Assembly: GCA_963837465.1 (NCBI GenBank)
Contig: CAWINB010000004.1
Coordinates: 330,853-394,852 of the forward strand
Length of the DNA stretch: 64,000 nt
Direction: 5' to 3'
DNA from: Candidatus Doudnabacteria bacterium
GTDB lineage: Bacteria; Patescibacteriota; Doudnabacteria; UBA920
Below the pieces are notes generated by a model. The model ran no database searches and was not told the origin of the DNA. It saw only the letters and a list, made by a program, of their open reading frames with translations. Below are positions 1 through 9,825 of the stretch, piece by piece (position 1 is the first letter of the stretch; every line of letters starts with the position of its first letter). Position numbers and translations under genes: made by a program.

Positions 1-96
1 GCCGTAGCCAGGCAGTTTTATCGTTTCCGCGGCAATACAGAGTTATCTAAACAGCCAATCTTAGCCTTAAATTAATTTGTGGTAAAATAAAATTAT

Positions 97-507
97 ATGG
101 AAAACAACATAACAATCACCATTCAACGTTTTACTGAGTGGGCAAAACTAAAACTTAGTATTCACCTTAACCATGACCCTGGAGCTATTTATTTTAAAGA
201 GCGACAAATTTGGTGGGTGAGCTTAGGGCAGAACATTGGCAGCGAGCAAAACGGCAAGCACAAAAACTTTGAGCGTCCGGTGTTAGTCCTTAAAAAGTTT
301 AACGCTGAAATGTTTTTGGCCGTTCCTCTGTCTAGCCAGGTTAAGCCTGGCGACTACAGATTTGTCTTTGAGCGCAACCAAACAAAATTTACAGCTAACT
401 TATCTCAAATTAGAGTGTTAAGCAGTAAGCGTCTGCTCCGATTAGTGGACAAAATGGAAGAATCAGACTTTGAAAATCTGCAGCAAATATTCCGCAAGCT
501 GACTTAA
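97..507 (+). CDS. mazF: MazF/EndoA (PemK) family endoribonuclease toxin
   Basis: 136 aa. The motif GSEQNGKHKNFERPVLVLKKFN...FLAVPLSSQ matches the MazF/EndoA signature (GSEQ-G-RPVLV...V-PiTs). No antitoxin gene is visible; it would lie upstream of the window start. Confidence 0.75.
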   Translation: MENNITITIQRFTEWAKLKLSIHLNHDPGAIYFKERQIWWVSLGQNIGSEQNGKHKNFERPVLVLKKFNAEMFLAVPLSSQVKPGDYRFVFERNQTKFTANLSQIRVLSSKRLLRLVDKMEESDFENLQQIFRKLT

Positions 508-524
508 ACAAGTAAAAAGCCACT

Positions 525-592
525 GGCCTAATAACCGGTGGCTTTTAAAAAATAACGGCCTCCCTTTCGGGAGGCCTCGGAACTCCTTACGG
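525..592 (+). terminator. tandem rho-independent terminator hairpins
   Basis: First hairpin gccactgg...ccggtggc followed by an A/T run. Second hairpin ggcctccc-tttc-gggaggcc. Confidence 0.55.
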
Positions 593-689
593 AGTCAAAA
601 TGTATTTATACATTAGCAGGTGTATAAGTACCTTGTCAAGCAATTTTACAAAATTTTAAAAAGTGTTATAATCAAGGCACAATTTAATT

Positions 690-850
690 GCCTAAACCTA
701 TAGCAATATGGGCATGGCATAAAACCCTTGAGAGATACTGAACCCCGCGTTCAGCGTCCTCTCAAGGTCTTGCTCGGAAACGGGTATGTGGCCGCAAGGC
801 CTCGTTGACACGGGGCTTTGTGTAAGCAAAATTATTAAGAATTAAAAAAA
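690..850 (+). promoter_or_regulatory. structured 5' leader (candidate cis-regulatory RNA) upstream of the bPH-domain gene
   Basis: Possible promoter TTTACA-N16-TATAAT at ~645-672. Nested hairpins follow: cttgagag...ctctcaag enclosing ctgaac...gttcag, and a ggccgcaaggcc GNRA-type hairpin. No riboswitch class recognised. Confidence 0.25.
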
Positions 851-854
851 CCAA

Positions 855-2057
855 ATGGACCAACAATCTAGTTTCCAAATGCAGTATCCCTTAAGCCCTA
901 AAAAGTTCTGGAAAAAAATTTTTCCGAACCTGTTTACTTATTTTTTTCTTGCGATTATACCAGGTTTAGCTATTGGGTTTATAGTATTTCTTGCCCTCGG
1001 CGGCGGTAATGGCAGTAGTAATGGTTCAATATTGCCTTACTTAGGCTATGCTTTTGTTTGTACTCTAATTTCCTATGCGGCAATTATCTCTTTAAATGCC
1101 TGGTACATAAAAACCTATATCAAAAGATATTACTATGATTGTAGCGACCAGTTTGTAACAATCAAAAAAGGAGTTTTTACTCCTACAGAAATTCATGTGC
1201 AATATCCCAAAATCCAGGATGTATATGTTGACCAAGATTTTTTAGACAGACTAATGGGATTATATGATGTCCATATTGCTAGCGCTACCGTAACTTCCGG
1301 CATTGAAGCTCATATTGACGGTGTTGAAAAAGATGTAGCCGAAGCCATTAAAAATTTTTTGCTGGCAAAAATTCAAGGTGTTAGTATGTCATCTGGTGTT
1401 CCAACTCCTGGGCAACCTGCAGGCATGGCTCCGGCAGCTCCAATGCCTCCACGGGCAGCCAGCTTTCAGTCGACTACAAAAGTTTCCAGCGACACTTTTC
1501 CCATTAGCGGTGCATGGACATTTAGCGCAATAATAGGTGCCTTCTTTTATAGTCTGCTGCTAACGTTGATTTTTGGCAGCTGGATTGGCAGGCTTGCCGT
1601 GGATGTATTTTCCTCTTCATCAGTAAATTCTACTGATGCAGGAGCTATCTTAGGCTATGCATTTTTACTTTTTTTACTTATTTTCTTTGGAAGAATAATT
1701 TGGGTCTTGATTTGGAAAAGCAGTTATTATTTTGAGTTTTTACCTGATTATATTTTACTCCGCACAGGCGTAATTAGCAGATCAGAAAACCACTTGCCTT
1801 ATAAATCAATCCAGAATGTTACCAATAAACAAGGTATTATTGAAAGAATGTTAGGCATTGCTACTGTTAGTGTAGAAAATGCAGCCTTTGTTACCAGTAA
1901 CGCTCCGCGATCATTCTCTCTTGGAGGCCGCTCTAGCAGCAGGTCAGCCGGTATCGCGCTTATTGGCCAGCCAAAAGAAAGAGCCGAACAACTGAATCAA
2001 CTCTTGAACCAAATTACAAGCGCACAGGGTAACACAAGCGTCTTGATGGGGGTTTAA
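855..2057 (+). CDS. membrane protein with duplicated bacterial PH (bPH_2/DUF304, YdbT-like) domains
   Basis: 400 aa. Two repeats, each with a TM hairpin followed by a ...LRTGVISRSENHLPYKSIQNV...IATVSVENA-like segment typical of bPH_2. Confidence 0.5.
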   Translation: MDQQSSFQMQYPLSPKKFWKKIFPNLFTYFFLAIIPGLAIGFIVFLALGGGNGSSNGSILPYLGYAFVCTLISYAAIISLNAWYIKTYIKRYYYDCSDQFVTIKKGVFTPTEIHVQYPKIQDVYVDQDFLDRLMGLYDVHIASATVTSGIEAHIDGVEKDVAEAIKNFLLAKIQGVSMSSGVPTPGQPAGMAPAAPMPPRAASFQSTTKVSSDTFPISGAWTFSAIIGAFFYSLLLTLIFGSWIGRLAVDVFSSSSVNSTDAGAILGYAFLLFLLIFFGRIIWVLIWKSSYYFEFLPDYILLRTGVISRSENHLPYKSIQNVTNKQGIIERMLGIATVSVENAAFVTSNAPRSFSLGGRSSSRSAGIALIGQPKERAEQLNQLLNQITSAQGNTSVLMGV

Positions 2058-2098
2058 TTTTTTACCAATAAGGACAGGGTTAATACTAAATTGAGTCT

Positions 2099-2818
2099 AT
2101 GCTAAATCAAGAAGCCTTAGATTATATAAAACAAAACCGGAATGCTGGAATAAACGACCAAGTTATTAGGCAAAATTTGGTCAACGCGGGTTGGCCTGTG
2201 GCAGATATAGACAGTGCTTTTTCTAATAATGCGCACGTCGCCCAATTTCAGAGTCCAACACTGCCCCTTTCCTCTAATGCAAACAAAGTTCCGGTTTTTA
2301 AGATTTTAGTAGTCGGTTTTATTTTTCTTATTGTTTTAGCAGGAGTTGGTTGGCTATTGATAAGTCATACAAAAAAAATTACACCCACTTTGCTCAATCA
2401 AAATCTTGGGGATGTTAAACCAACAGACACCCAGCCACAAGATATTGATGTTTTGCCAATGTATGGCGGCTACCAAAAAACCGCGGCCGAGCAAAAAGCT
2501 GATACTGATTTTATAAATACGGCGAGCCAAGTGTCTGGGGGTCGCACAGCAGCTGCAGCCACTTTAGTTCAGACTGCTAACCAATCTTTAAATCAGGGAG
2601 ATTACGATACAGCAATAAAAAGTTTTAACCAGGCGTGGCTCTTGGATTGGAATAATTCCGATATCTATAAAGGGTATATTCAGGTAAGTGAAAAACAAAA
2701 CACACTCCTTGACTTACGTCAGTCTACTGAAAGAACCGTTGCTCAATACCCACAGCAAGCAACTATACAATGTTTTTTAGGGGTTATAGATACTATTGAC
2801 TTTCGCCAATTAGATTGA
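2099..2818 (+). CDS. hypothetical single-pass membrane protein; the last ~8 codons are IS-derived
   Basis: 239 aa with an N-terminal globular domain, one TM helix and a TPR-like C-terminal region. The 3' end overlaps the left inverted repeat of the IS630-family element. Confidence 0.5.
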   Translation: MLNQEALDYIKQNRNAGINDQVIRQNLVNAGWPVADIDSAFSNNAHVAQFQSPTLPLSSNANKVPVFKILVVGFIFLIVLAGVGWLLISHTKKITPTLLNQNLGDVKPTDTQPQDIDVLPMYGGYQKTAAEQKADTDFINTASQVSGGRTAAAATLVQTANQSLNQGDYDTAIKSFNQAWLLDWNNSDIYKGYIQVSEKQNTLLDLRQSTERTVAQYPQQATIQCFLGVIDTIDFRQLD

Positions 2819-2824
2819 ATAGTC

Positions 2825-3298
2825 TTAAACATAGAGTACCGAGGCTCTCAGAAATCCCCGTAACAGTTCCCGGTCATTCCTGATTTTACGATAACTCCTG
2901 CCAACCGCGGCCTTTAACAGCGGCAAGCCTTTGGGCCGCAGGTTGCATAAATGTTTGTTCTTCATAGCGGACCACAGGTATTCGGCCGGGTTGAGTTCCG
3001 GCGCGTAAGCCGGAAACCGCTCCACCTTCAGCCAATGCTTTTGAGTTTTGAGGTATTCTATCGTCGCTTTAGCCTTATGCGCCGATAGTCCGTCCCAAAA
3101 CAACAACAGCTTCTTACCCTTTAAGTGGCGTTTCAGTTCTTTTAAATAGTCAATAACATCGGGAAATTTGACGCTATGGGGCAGGCTTTTTAAAAACAAC
3201 CGGGGATTATTGCCTTTAGGGGTACAAACAATTGTCCCGGAAAGGCTCATTGTCGCCCAAGAGCCCGTGGATTGTATTATCGGCGTCCTGCCCACCAC
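2825..3298 (-). pseudogene. IS630-family transposase, C-terminal DDE part
   Basis: 157 aa ending ...FPAYAPELNPAEYLWSAMKNKHL, the DDE/DD(35)E C-terminal signature of IS630/Tc1. Confidence 0.8.
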
Positions 3299-3374
3299 AG
3301 ACCAGGTTCTTCTGACAGTAGGTTTTTCAGAAATTCCCGACTCATCGTGGAAGCCCAGTAAATACAGGTGTTTA

Positions 3375-3872
3375 TCAGCCCATTTTTTTTAAGGCCGGAA
3401 AGCTTTGAACTTTCCAGGCTTTGATGGCTGACTCATCGCGTTCTTTGGCTCTGGTTTCAGGCTTTTGGCAGGAAAAGCCCAAAGAGATGAGAATTTTCCA
3501 GACATGGCCCGGGTGGTAGTTAACCTTACTGATGCTTTTAATTACCTTGCCGATCCTTTGAAGTGTCCATAAGTCGGTGGAATAACCCAGGGCTTTGGGG
3601 CCCTTTAAGATAGCGGCTTTGAGCTTTCTCCGGTCTTCATTATCCAGTTGAGGCTTGGGGCCGGGCCTGCCCTTGCTTTTTAAGCCCTCTAAACCGCCAT
3701 CTTTATAGAGCTCCACCCAGTTACTGACCGCCTCAAAGCTGACTTTTAGCTTTTTGGCTATAAAATACTGGCTTTTGCCCTGGCTATGGAGCCTGATGGC
3801 TTGTCTGCGGCGCGACTCCAGCGCCTGTGGATCCCGTTTGCGAGACCCTGAAGATATATGTTTGTTTTTCAT
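3375..3872 (-). pseudogene. IS630-family transposase, N-terminal HTH part (frame-split from the DDE part)
   Basis: 165 aa with paired HTH motifs typical of IS630 Tpase N-terminus. The ORF ends in an A8 run (T8 on + strand at 3385-3392). The next ORF continues in another frame. Confidence 0.8.
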
Positions 3873-3914
3873 ATACCTTCATGGTAGCACAAAATTAATC
3901 CATATTCAAGCTAA

Positions 3915-4583
3915 TTGGCGAAGGTCAATAGTTTTGCTTCTGATTACCAAAATACACAAACAGATTTATCAAGCATAGAAAAAGCAGAGTTTGAAAAAGG
4001 ATTGGCTTTAGATAATAATAATCCATTTTGCCAGTTGAACTACGCGGCTTCACTTTATGTTAATGGAGACTATCAGGATGCTTGGACCCATCTTGTAGCT
4101 AACTCACTTTTACCAAACAGTCGTTATGATAACCAGCTAACTTTAAATATATACAATAAAGTTCAAACCTTAAATTCTGCCGACGAATATAGTTTGATTG
4201 AAACTACTTATCAACGCCTTGGCCAGACGGATAATGCCTTTGCTATTCTTCAAAAGGGAGTTGCTTTGTATCCCAATAACGTTCCTTTAATGTGTGATCT
4301 TGGGGGCGTGTATATAAACAAGTGGTATGCCGCCGAGCAGGCCAATCCTAATGTTTCAAATGATTTATTGAAACAGGCAGAAATGTATTTGCAAAAGGGC
4401 ATACAGTTAAATCCGCAATCAGCCTCCTGTCACGGCAATTATGCACTCGCAATATATAATGATAATAGCCAAAGTTTAAGTCTTGTGTGGCCAGAAGTAG
4501 AAAAAGCGGAAAGTCTTGGATGGGTTTTTGACCAAAAATTCCTTACTAACTTACAAGCAGTATCTCCTGAGCCCAAGCAATAA
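3915..4583 (+). CDS. TPR-like repeat protein (hypothetical)
   Basis: 222 aa with helical repeat pattern (…YQDAW…, …LGQTDNAFAILQKGVALYPNN…). The TTG start lies inside the right inverted repeat of the IS, so the true N-terminus is uncertain. Confidence 0.45.
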   Translation: MAKVNSFASDYQNTQTDLSSIEKAEFEKGLALDNNNPFCQLNYAASLYVNGDYQDAWTHLVANSLLPNSRYDNQLTLNIYNKVQTLNSADEYSLIETTYQRLGQTDNAFAILQKGVALYPNNVPLMCDLGGVYINKWYAAEQANPNVSNDLLKQAEMYLQKGIQLNPQSASCHGNYALAIYNDNSQSLSLVWPEVEKAESLGWVFDQKFLTNLQAVSPEPKQ

Positions 4584-4727
4584 GTTACAAGAAAAGTAGC
4601 CACATAAAAAAGGGCGTCGTGCGTTGGCCGATAGCCCTTTTTATATACTTTTTTGATAGAGTGGTTTTAGTATTTTTTACATGCTATAATATAAGTACAA
4701 TTTTTGTACAGGTTTTAGACCTTACAC

Positions 4728-5336
4728 TCAAATGAGTTTGAGGACATGCCACCAATTCTCAATGTAATCAGGCCTTTTGTTCTGGTACTTGAGGTAGTAG
4801 GCGTGTTCCCAAACGTCTAGGCCTATTAAGGGGATGTGGCCTTGCATTACCGGGGAGTTTTGGTTGGGTGTGGAATAGACCTGGAGCTTGCTGTCAATGT
4901 CGCGAACCAGCCAGGCCCAGCCGGAGCCAAAGCGGGTGGTAGCCGCTTCCGTAAATTTTTTCTTAAATTCATCAACAGAACCAAAAGCAGAGGTAATTTC
5001 TTCTACAAGTTTGGAATCCGGTTCTTTTTTGGGACCCATAATCTTCCAAAAAAAACTGTGGTTTAAATGGCCGCCGCCGTTGTTGCGCAGGGTGGTTTTA
5101 TCCTTTTCTTCCATTTCCAGGGACTCAAAATTTTCCAGCAGATTTTCCAGAGGCTGCTCGGCCAAATTTGGGTATTTTTCCAACACAGCGTTGAGCTTAT
5201 CTATATATGCCTGATGGTGTTTGGTGTAATGTATTTCCATTGTTTTGGCGTCAATATAAGGCTCCAAGGCATTATAGTCGTAGTTTAATTTGGGTAGTTC
5301 ATATTTTCCGCCGGAGGCGGACATATCAGTATTCAT
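4728..5336 (-). CDS. sodA: Fe/Mn superoxide dismutase
   Basis: 202 aa with HHQAYIDKLN...DVWEHAYYLKYQNKRPDYI metal-binding motifs. Confidence 0.95.
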   Translation of the reverse strand: MNTDMSASGGKYELPKLNYDYNALEPYIDAKTMEIHYTKHHQAYIDKLNAVLEKYPNLAEQPLENLLENFESLEMEEKDKTTLRNNGGGHLNHSFFWKIMGPKKEPDSKLVEEITSAFGSVDEFKKKFTEAATTRFGSGWAWLVRDIDSKLQVYSTPNQNSPVMQGHIPLIGLDVWEHAYYLKYQNKRPDYIENWWHVLKLI

Positions 5337-5726
5337 ATAATTTCCTTTCTTTAAGTTTTCTGTCTAAATTATATCACATACTGGGTTAAATTTTTATTAA
5401 GTCTCAAAAAAACGGGCTTTTGACACCACGGGGCATTTATGGTAGCATAATGTTACTTGGAATTTATTGATCCTCCTTCGCTAAAGCTTCGGAGGACAAG
5501 CTTCTAATATAGCATAGTAATTTGTAGCCATTAATTTCCGTGCGAAAGATTTTGCCGTAGTTTATATGCAATTTTTGTCTTCTTTTAGAGCGTTTATTGG
5601 GACCGTGCTAAATTTTGGTTCATCGGCCGTTTCTCAAATCTTATTTACTGCTTAAAGTTTGGCTAAAACTTTGGGTTTTTGCATATACGGGTAAAAATCC
5701 TTATCGCGCGGATATAGGGAATTTTT

Positions 5727-7268
5727 ATGATGACGATTTTCGCCGCGATTATAGCGGCAGCAGCCGGGTTGGCCGTGGGGTATTTTGTCCGCAACTCCAT
5801 TGCCGGCAAAAAAGTTGCAGGCGCGGAAACCAGGGCGGAAAAAATCCTGGAAGATGCCAAGGCCCGGGAAAAAGAACTGTTACTGGACGCCAAAACCAGA
5901 AGCCTGGAAATAATTGACCAGGCCAAAAAGCAGGAAGCCGAGTTCCGCGGCCAGATTGTAAGGTTTGAAGACCGCATAGACCGCAAAGAAAAAGAACTGG
6001 ACCAGAAATCCAATCTTTTAGATAGGCAAAAAAGCGATTTGGAGCAAAAAGGCGAACAGATTAAGCAAATCCAGGAAGAAATCAAGGAAGCGCGCCAGAA
6101 GCAGCTGGATAATCTGCAAAAGATTGCCGGTATGACGCGCGAGGAAGCCGCCAAAGTTTTGCTGGATAACGCTGAAAAGACCATAAAGGAAGAAATGGTC
6201 GGCCTGCATAAAAAACTGCTGGAACAAACGCGCGAAGACGCGGAGCGCGACGGCCGCAACATTGTGGCCCAGGCTATTGAACGCGTGGCCAGCGAAGTTA
6301 CGGCGGAAGTTACCACCACCACGGTACAAATCCCCAGTGAAGAAATGAAGGGCCGCATTATAGGAAAAGAGGGCCGCAACATCCGCGCTTTTGAACAGAT
6401 GATGGGCGTGGAAATTTTAATTGATGATAGTCCCGATACGGTAGTCATCAGCGGCTTTAATTCCATACGCCGCCACATTGCCAAACTGACTTTGGAAAAG
6501 CTGCTGGCCGATGGACGCATCCATCCTGCCAGAATTGAAGAAGCTTACGAAAAAAGCAAGGCGGAAATTAACGAACAAATCAAGCAGGCCGGCGAACAGG
6601 CGGTTTACGAACTTGGCATTGCCAATTTTCCGCCAAAACTGGTTCATCTTATAGGCCGGCTGCTGTTTAGAACATCTTATGGCCAGAATATTTTGCGCCA
6701 CAGCGTGGAAATGGCCAAAATTGGCGCGCTTATGGCGGAGGAATTGGGCGCGGATGTTTTAATCACCAAACAGGGCGCGCTGCTGCATGACATCGGCAAA
6801 GCCCTGGACCAGGATCTGGAAGGCAGCCACGTGGAGCTGGGTAAAAAAGTGGCGGAAAAATTCGGCCTGGATCCAAGAGTGGTGGAGGCCATTGCCAGCC
6901 ATCACCACGATACCGATGTTTCCGGCAAAAGCGTGGCCGCGCAAAGCGTGGAAGCTATTATAGTTGATGCCTGCGACAATATTTCCGGCGCGCGGCCGGG
7001 AGCGAGAAAAGATTCTTTGGAAAATTACATAAAACGTTTAACGGATTTGGAAAATATCGCCAACTCTTACGAGGGCGTGGAAAAAACCTACGCCATCCAG
7101 GGCGGCCGCGAAATCCGCGTGTTTGTTACCCCATCTAAATTAGATGACCTTGCCTGCCAAAAATTGGCGCGCGATATTGCCAATCGTCTGGAGCAAGAGT
7201 TGAAGTTCCCGGGGGAAATTAAGGTGCATGTTATCCGCGAGACGCGCGTCATAGAATACGCGAGGTAG
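5727..7268 (+). CDS. rny: ribonuclease Y
   Basis: 513 aa: N-terminal TM helix, coiled coil, KH domain (GRIIGKEGRNIRAFE), HD domain (LLHDIGKA...HH). Confidence 0.95.
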   Translation: MMTIFAAIIAAAAGLAVGYFVRNSIAGKKVAGAETRAEKILEDAKAREKELLLDAKTRSLEIIDQAKKQEAEFRGQIVRFEDRIDRKEKELDQKSNLLDRQKSDLEQKGEQIKQIQEEIKEARQKQLDNLQKIAGMTREEAAKVLLDNAEKTIKEEMVGLHKKLLEQTREDAERDGRNIVAQAIERVASEVTAEVTTTTVQIPSEEMKGRIIGKEGRNIRAFEQMMGVEILIDDSPDTVVISGFNSIRRHIAKLTLEKLLADGRIHPARIEEAYEKSKAEINEQIKQAGEQAVYELGIANFPPKLVHLIGRLLFRTSYGQNILRHSVEMAKIGALMAEELGADVLITKQGALLHDIGKALDQDLEGSHVELGKKVAEKFGLDPRVVEAIASHHHDTDVSGKSVAAQSVEAIIVDACDNISGARPGARKDSLENYIKRLTDLENIANSYEGVEKTYAIQGGREIRVFVTPSKLDDLACQKLARDIANRLEQELKFPGEIKVHVIRETRVIEYAR

Positions 7269-7422
7269 CATATAGACTCTCCATCCCGGAATTTTTTGCG
7301 CCGATGGTAATTCATAAGCCGCAAAAAATATCCGGGATCCAGAACAAAGCTTAATCCTGGACCCAGGATATTTTTCACCTGATGATAGGCGCTGAAGTGA
7401 AAAATTCGGGGGTGGAAACAGT

Positions 7423-8247
7423 TTGACTTTTTTATTAAAACGCAAGATGCCCAAAATTCTTTTCATCGGTGACGTCGTCGGAAAACCCGGGAGAAAAATT
7501 CTTTCCCAGGTTTTGCCTGTGTGGAAAGAAAAATATAAGCCGGATGCCACCATTGTCAACGTGGAAAACCTGGCGCACGGCAAAGGGGTGACGCCGACAA
7601 CTTTGGCGGAAGTGGAAGCCCTGGACGCGGATTGTTTTACTTCCGGCAACCACATTTTTAAAAAAAAGGATTTATCCAACGAATGCTTTGATATATATCC
7701 AAAACTTATCCGTCCGGCTAATTTTGGAGACTCCCCGGCCGGCCACGGGTATTACCGCTTTGCCAAAGACGGTCGGCAATATTTGATAATCAACCTAAAC
7801 GGCCAGGTGTTTATGGAAAACCAGTTTGACGGCGAGATCGGGAACCCCTTTTTGGCCGTGGACAAGCTTATTTCCGAGCAGGGGCAAAAAGGTGATATAA
7901 TAATTGTGGATTTCCACGCGGAAGCCACCAGCGAAAAAGTATCCATGGGTATACATTTAAACGGCCGGGTCGCCTCCGTGTTTGGCACCCACACCCATAT
8001 TCCCACGGCCGATGCCAGAGTGCTGTCCGGCGGCACCGCTTACATAACCGATGTCGGAATGGCAGGAACCAGAGATTCGGTTTTGGGAGTCATTCCCGCA
8101 AACGCCCTTAAAAAATTTTTGGATTCCAGCGCGAAATTTGTAAATGAGATTCAGGAAGACGGAGTGCTGATGATAAACGGGGTGTTGATAGAGATTGGCG
8201 AGAATCAGAAAGCGATAAAAATAGAAAAGCTTTATCAGGAAATATGA
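7423..8247 (+). CDS. ymdB: YmdB-like metallophosphoesterase (TIGR00282; 2',3'-cyclic nucleotide phosphodiesterase)
   Basis: 274 aa: ILFIGDVVGKPGR...VENLAHGKG...GNH. rny followed by ymdB is the conserved Firmicutes-type arrangement. TTG start at 7423; an alternative ATG at 7447. Confidence 0.85.
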   Translation: MTFLLKRKMPKILFIGDVVGKPGRKILSQVLPVWKEKYKPDATIVNVENLAHGKGVTPTTLAEVEALDADCFTSGNHIFKKKDLSNECFDIYPKLIRPANFGDSPAGHGYYRFAKDGRQYLIINLNGQVFMENQFDGEIGNPFLAVDKLISEQGQKGDIIIVDFHAEATSEKVSMGIHLNGRVASVFGTHTHIPTADARVLSGGTAYITDVGMAGTRDSVLGVIPANALKKFLDSSAKFVNEIQEDGVLMINGVLIEIGENQKAIKIEKLYQEI

Positions 8248-8480
8248 GTTTAAAAGTTATGAATGAAGGACTGCTTCCTGTTTCAAAAATAGGCGCGCTA
8301 TGCATAGCTATTTTTGGATTACTTCTGATGTATGTAAGTAAATATTTTGAACGGATGCCCATTTTTTTAGCCGCCAGTTTAATTATTGGATTCTTATTGT
8401 TTTTCCAGATATTTTTATCCTCTTTATATAAAACTCTCAAAATCAAAAACAGGTATTTAATTTGGTTTGAGATAAAGTAA
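8244..8480 (+). CDS. small two-TM membrane protein (hypothetical)
   Basis: 78 aa, hydrophobic; overlaps the ymdB stop. Confidence 0.3.
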   Translation: MSLKVMNEGLLPVSKIGALCIAIFGLLLMYVSKYFERMPIFLAASLIIGFLLFFQIFLSSLYKTLKIKNRYLIWFEIK

Positions 8481-8484
8481 CATT

Positions 8485-8853
8485 ATGGCTCCAAAATTCT
8501 TAAACGCATCTTTGTTCATCCTTTTTGGATCCCAAAACAAAGGCCATGCCGGCGCGGCTTCCGATTTTGATATCGGCATATTGGCGGATGAGCCTTTGAC
8601 CTTTGAACAAAAAAGCAAATTAAGCGAAGAAATTGCCAAGGAGTTTGGTTTTGCGGAAGATAAAATTGACCTTGTGGACTTAAATGAGGCTTCGCCTTTG
8701 CTGCAAATGGAGGCCGCTAAAAGCGGAAAGCTCCTTAAAGGAAAAGAATCGGATTTTTTTAAATTTAAACTTTTGGCGTGGAAACGTTACCAGCACACCG
8801 CGAAATTCAGAAGAATGAGAAAAGAGCACTTACAGCAAATATATGGGCAATGA
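8485..8853 (+). CDS. mntA: MntA-type minimal nucleotidyltransferase (type VII TA antitoxin)
   Basis: GSQNKGHAGAASDFDIGIL fits the GSx9-13DxD NTase motif. Overlaps the downstream HEPN gene. Confidence 0.7.
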   Translation: MAPKFLNASLFILFGSQNKGHAGAASDFDIGILADEPLTFEQKSKLSEEIAKEFGFAEDKIDLVDLNEASPLLQMEAAKSGKLLKGKESDFFKFKLLAWKRYQHTAKFRRMRKEHLQQIYGQ

Positions 8854-9265
8854 AATTGTGGAAAAAAAATCCGAACAAATCCATTCTCTTATTGAAGAGT
8901 TAAAAGAGTGGACAGCGGTGGATTTTGGGACTTTTGACGGGACCGTGACTTTAGTGCGGGCTTGTGAAAGGAATTTGGAATTGTTAGTTGAGCTGGCCAG
9001 CGATATAAATGCCAGTATCATTTTGGAAAAACAGGGCAAGACCCCCGATAGCTACAAAGATTCTTTCCAATGGCTTCAAAAATTGGGTATAATAGGTGAA
9101 GATCTTTGCAAAAAACTCATAGATTCGGTAAAATTACGCAACGGCTTGGTGCATGAATATGAATTTGAACTTAATAACAGAAAATTTTACGATTCCATAA
9201 AGAATGATTTTATTCCCGCTTACCAAGAGTATTTAAAGTCAGTAGTCAAAAGCACCGCAAAGTAA
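8843..9265 (+). CDS. hepT: HepT (DUF86) HEPN ribonuclease toxin
   Basis: 140 aa. LRNGLVHEY matches the Rx4HxY HEPN motif. Start overlaps the mntA stop. Confidence 0.75.
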   Translation: MGNEIVEKKSEQIHSLIEELKEWTAVDFGTFDGTVTLVRACERNLELLVELASDINASIILEKQGKTPDSYKDSFQWLQKLGIIGEDLCKKLIDSVKLRNGLVHEYEFELNNRKFYDSIKNDFIPAYQEYLKSVVKSTAK

Positions 9266-9294
9266 TTTACACTAATTTTCTCTCAGAAAATTAT

Positions 9295-9825
9295 ATGCCC
9301 TCAAGATTTTTAAATCCAAGCGAGGTGGTGGCGCAGACCGGCCTGATGCAGGGGCAGGTTGTGGCGGACATGGGTTGCGGCAACGGTTTTTATGTATTGC
9401 CGGCCGCGCAGATGGTTGGGCCCACGGGCACGATTATTGCCGTGGATGTTATGGAACAAAAATTGGCTGCTACCATTTCCATAGCCAACCAGTTCGGTTA
9501 CAAAAACGTGCGCGTTTTGCAGGCGGATTTGGCCAAACCGCTTTTGGATATTCCGGAAAATTATTGCGACCTGGTCATTATCGGCAATATCTTTCACGAA
9601 ATCAGCCAGAAGGACCAGCTGATAAGAAATATTTACCGGATTTTAAAATCCCAGGGCCGCGTGGTGATAGTGGAATGGAAAAAAACCGCCACGCCTTTTG
9701 GGCCACCGCTGGACAAGCGCGTGGATCAGGAGAAAATGGAAATAATGCTTATGGAGGCGGGACTGCGCAAGGACAAAGATTTGCAGGCCGACGGGTATCA
9801 TTACGCGGTGTTGTTTGAAAAATAA
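9295..9825 (+). CDS. class I SAM-dependent methyltransferase
   Basis: VVADMGCGNGFY (motif I) ... IAVDVMEQ ... VIIGNIFHEI ... VVIVEW. Confidence 0.7.
   Translation: MPSRFLNPSEVVAQTGLMQGQVVADMGCGNGFYVLPAAQMVGPTGTIIAVDVMEQKLAATISIANQFGYKNVRVLQADLAKPLLDIPENYCDLVIIGNIFHEISQKDQLIRNIYRILKSQGRVVIVEWKKTATPFGPPLDKRVDQEKMEIMLMEAGLRKDKDLQADGYHYAVLFEK

Larger units (their letters stand above)
2792..3931 (-). mobile_element. IS630/Tc1-mariner family insertion sequence (~1.14 kb)
   Basis: Imperfect ~29-30 bp terminal inverted repeats: actattgacTttcgccaattagAttgaata at 2792-2821, and the reverse complement of 3902-3931 (attgacCttcgccaattagCttgaata). It encloses a split IS630-type transposase. Confidence 0.7.

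Noticed and set aside
600-850. tRNA or tmRNA in the structured region before 855 (and tRNAs in the 16S leader 15640-16290 and after 17873)
   Set aside because: No cloverleaf with a T-loop GTTCRANYC-type box and CCA-proximal acceptor pairing could be built by eye. Left as a possible leader only.
3168-3392. Plus-strand 74-aa ORFs (3168-3392, 3754-3978) inside the IS630 element
   Set aside because: Antisense to the transposase halves; no support.
5663-6520. 285-aa ORF on the minus strand (plus 6018-6329, 6417-6701, 6677-6892, 6759-6944 minus-strand ORFs)
   Set aside because: Entirely antisense to the well-supported rny gene. Ser/Ala/Arg-rich low-complexity translation typical of a non-coding frame.
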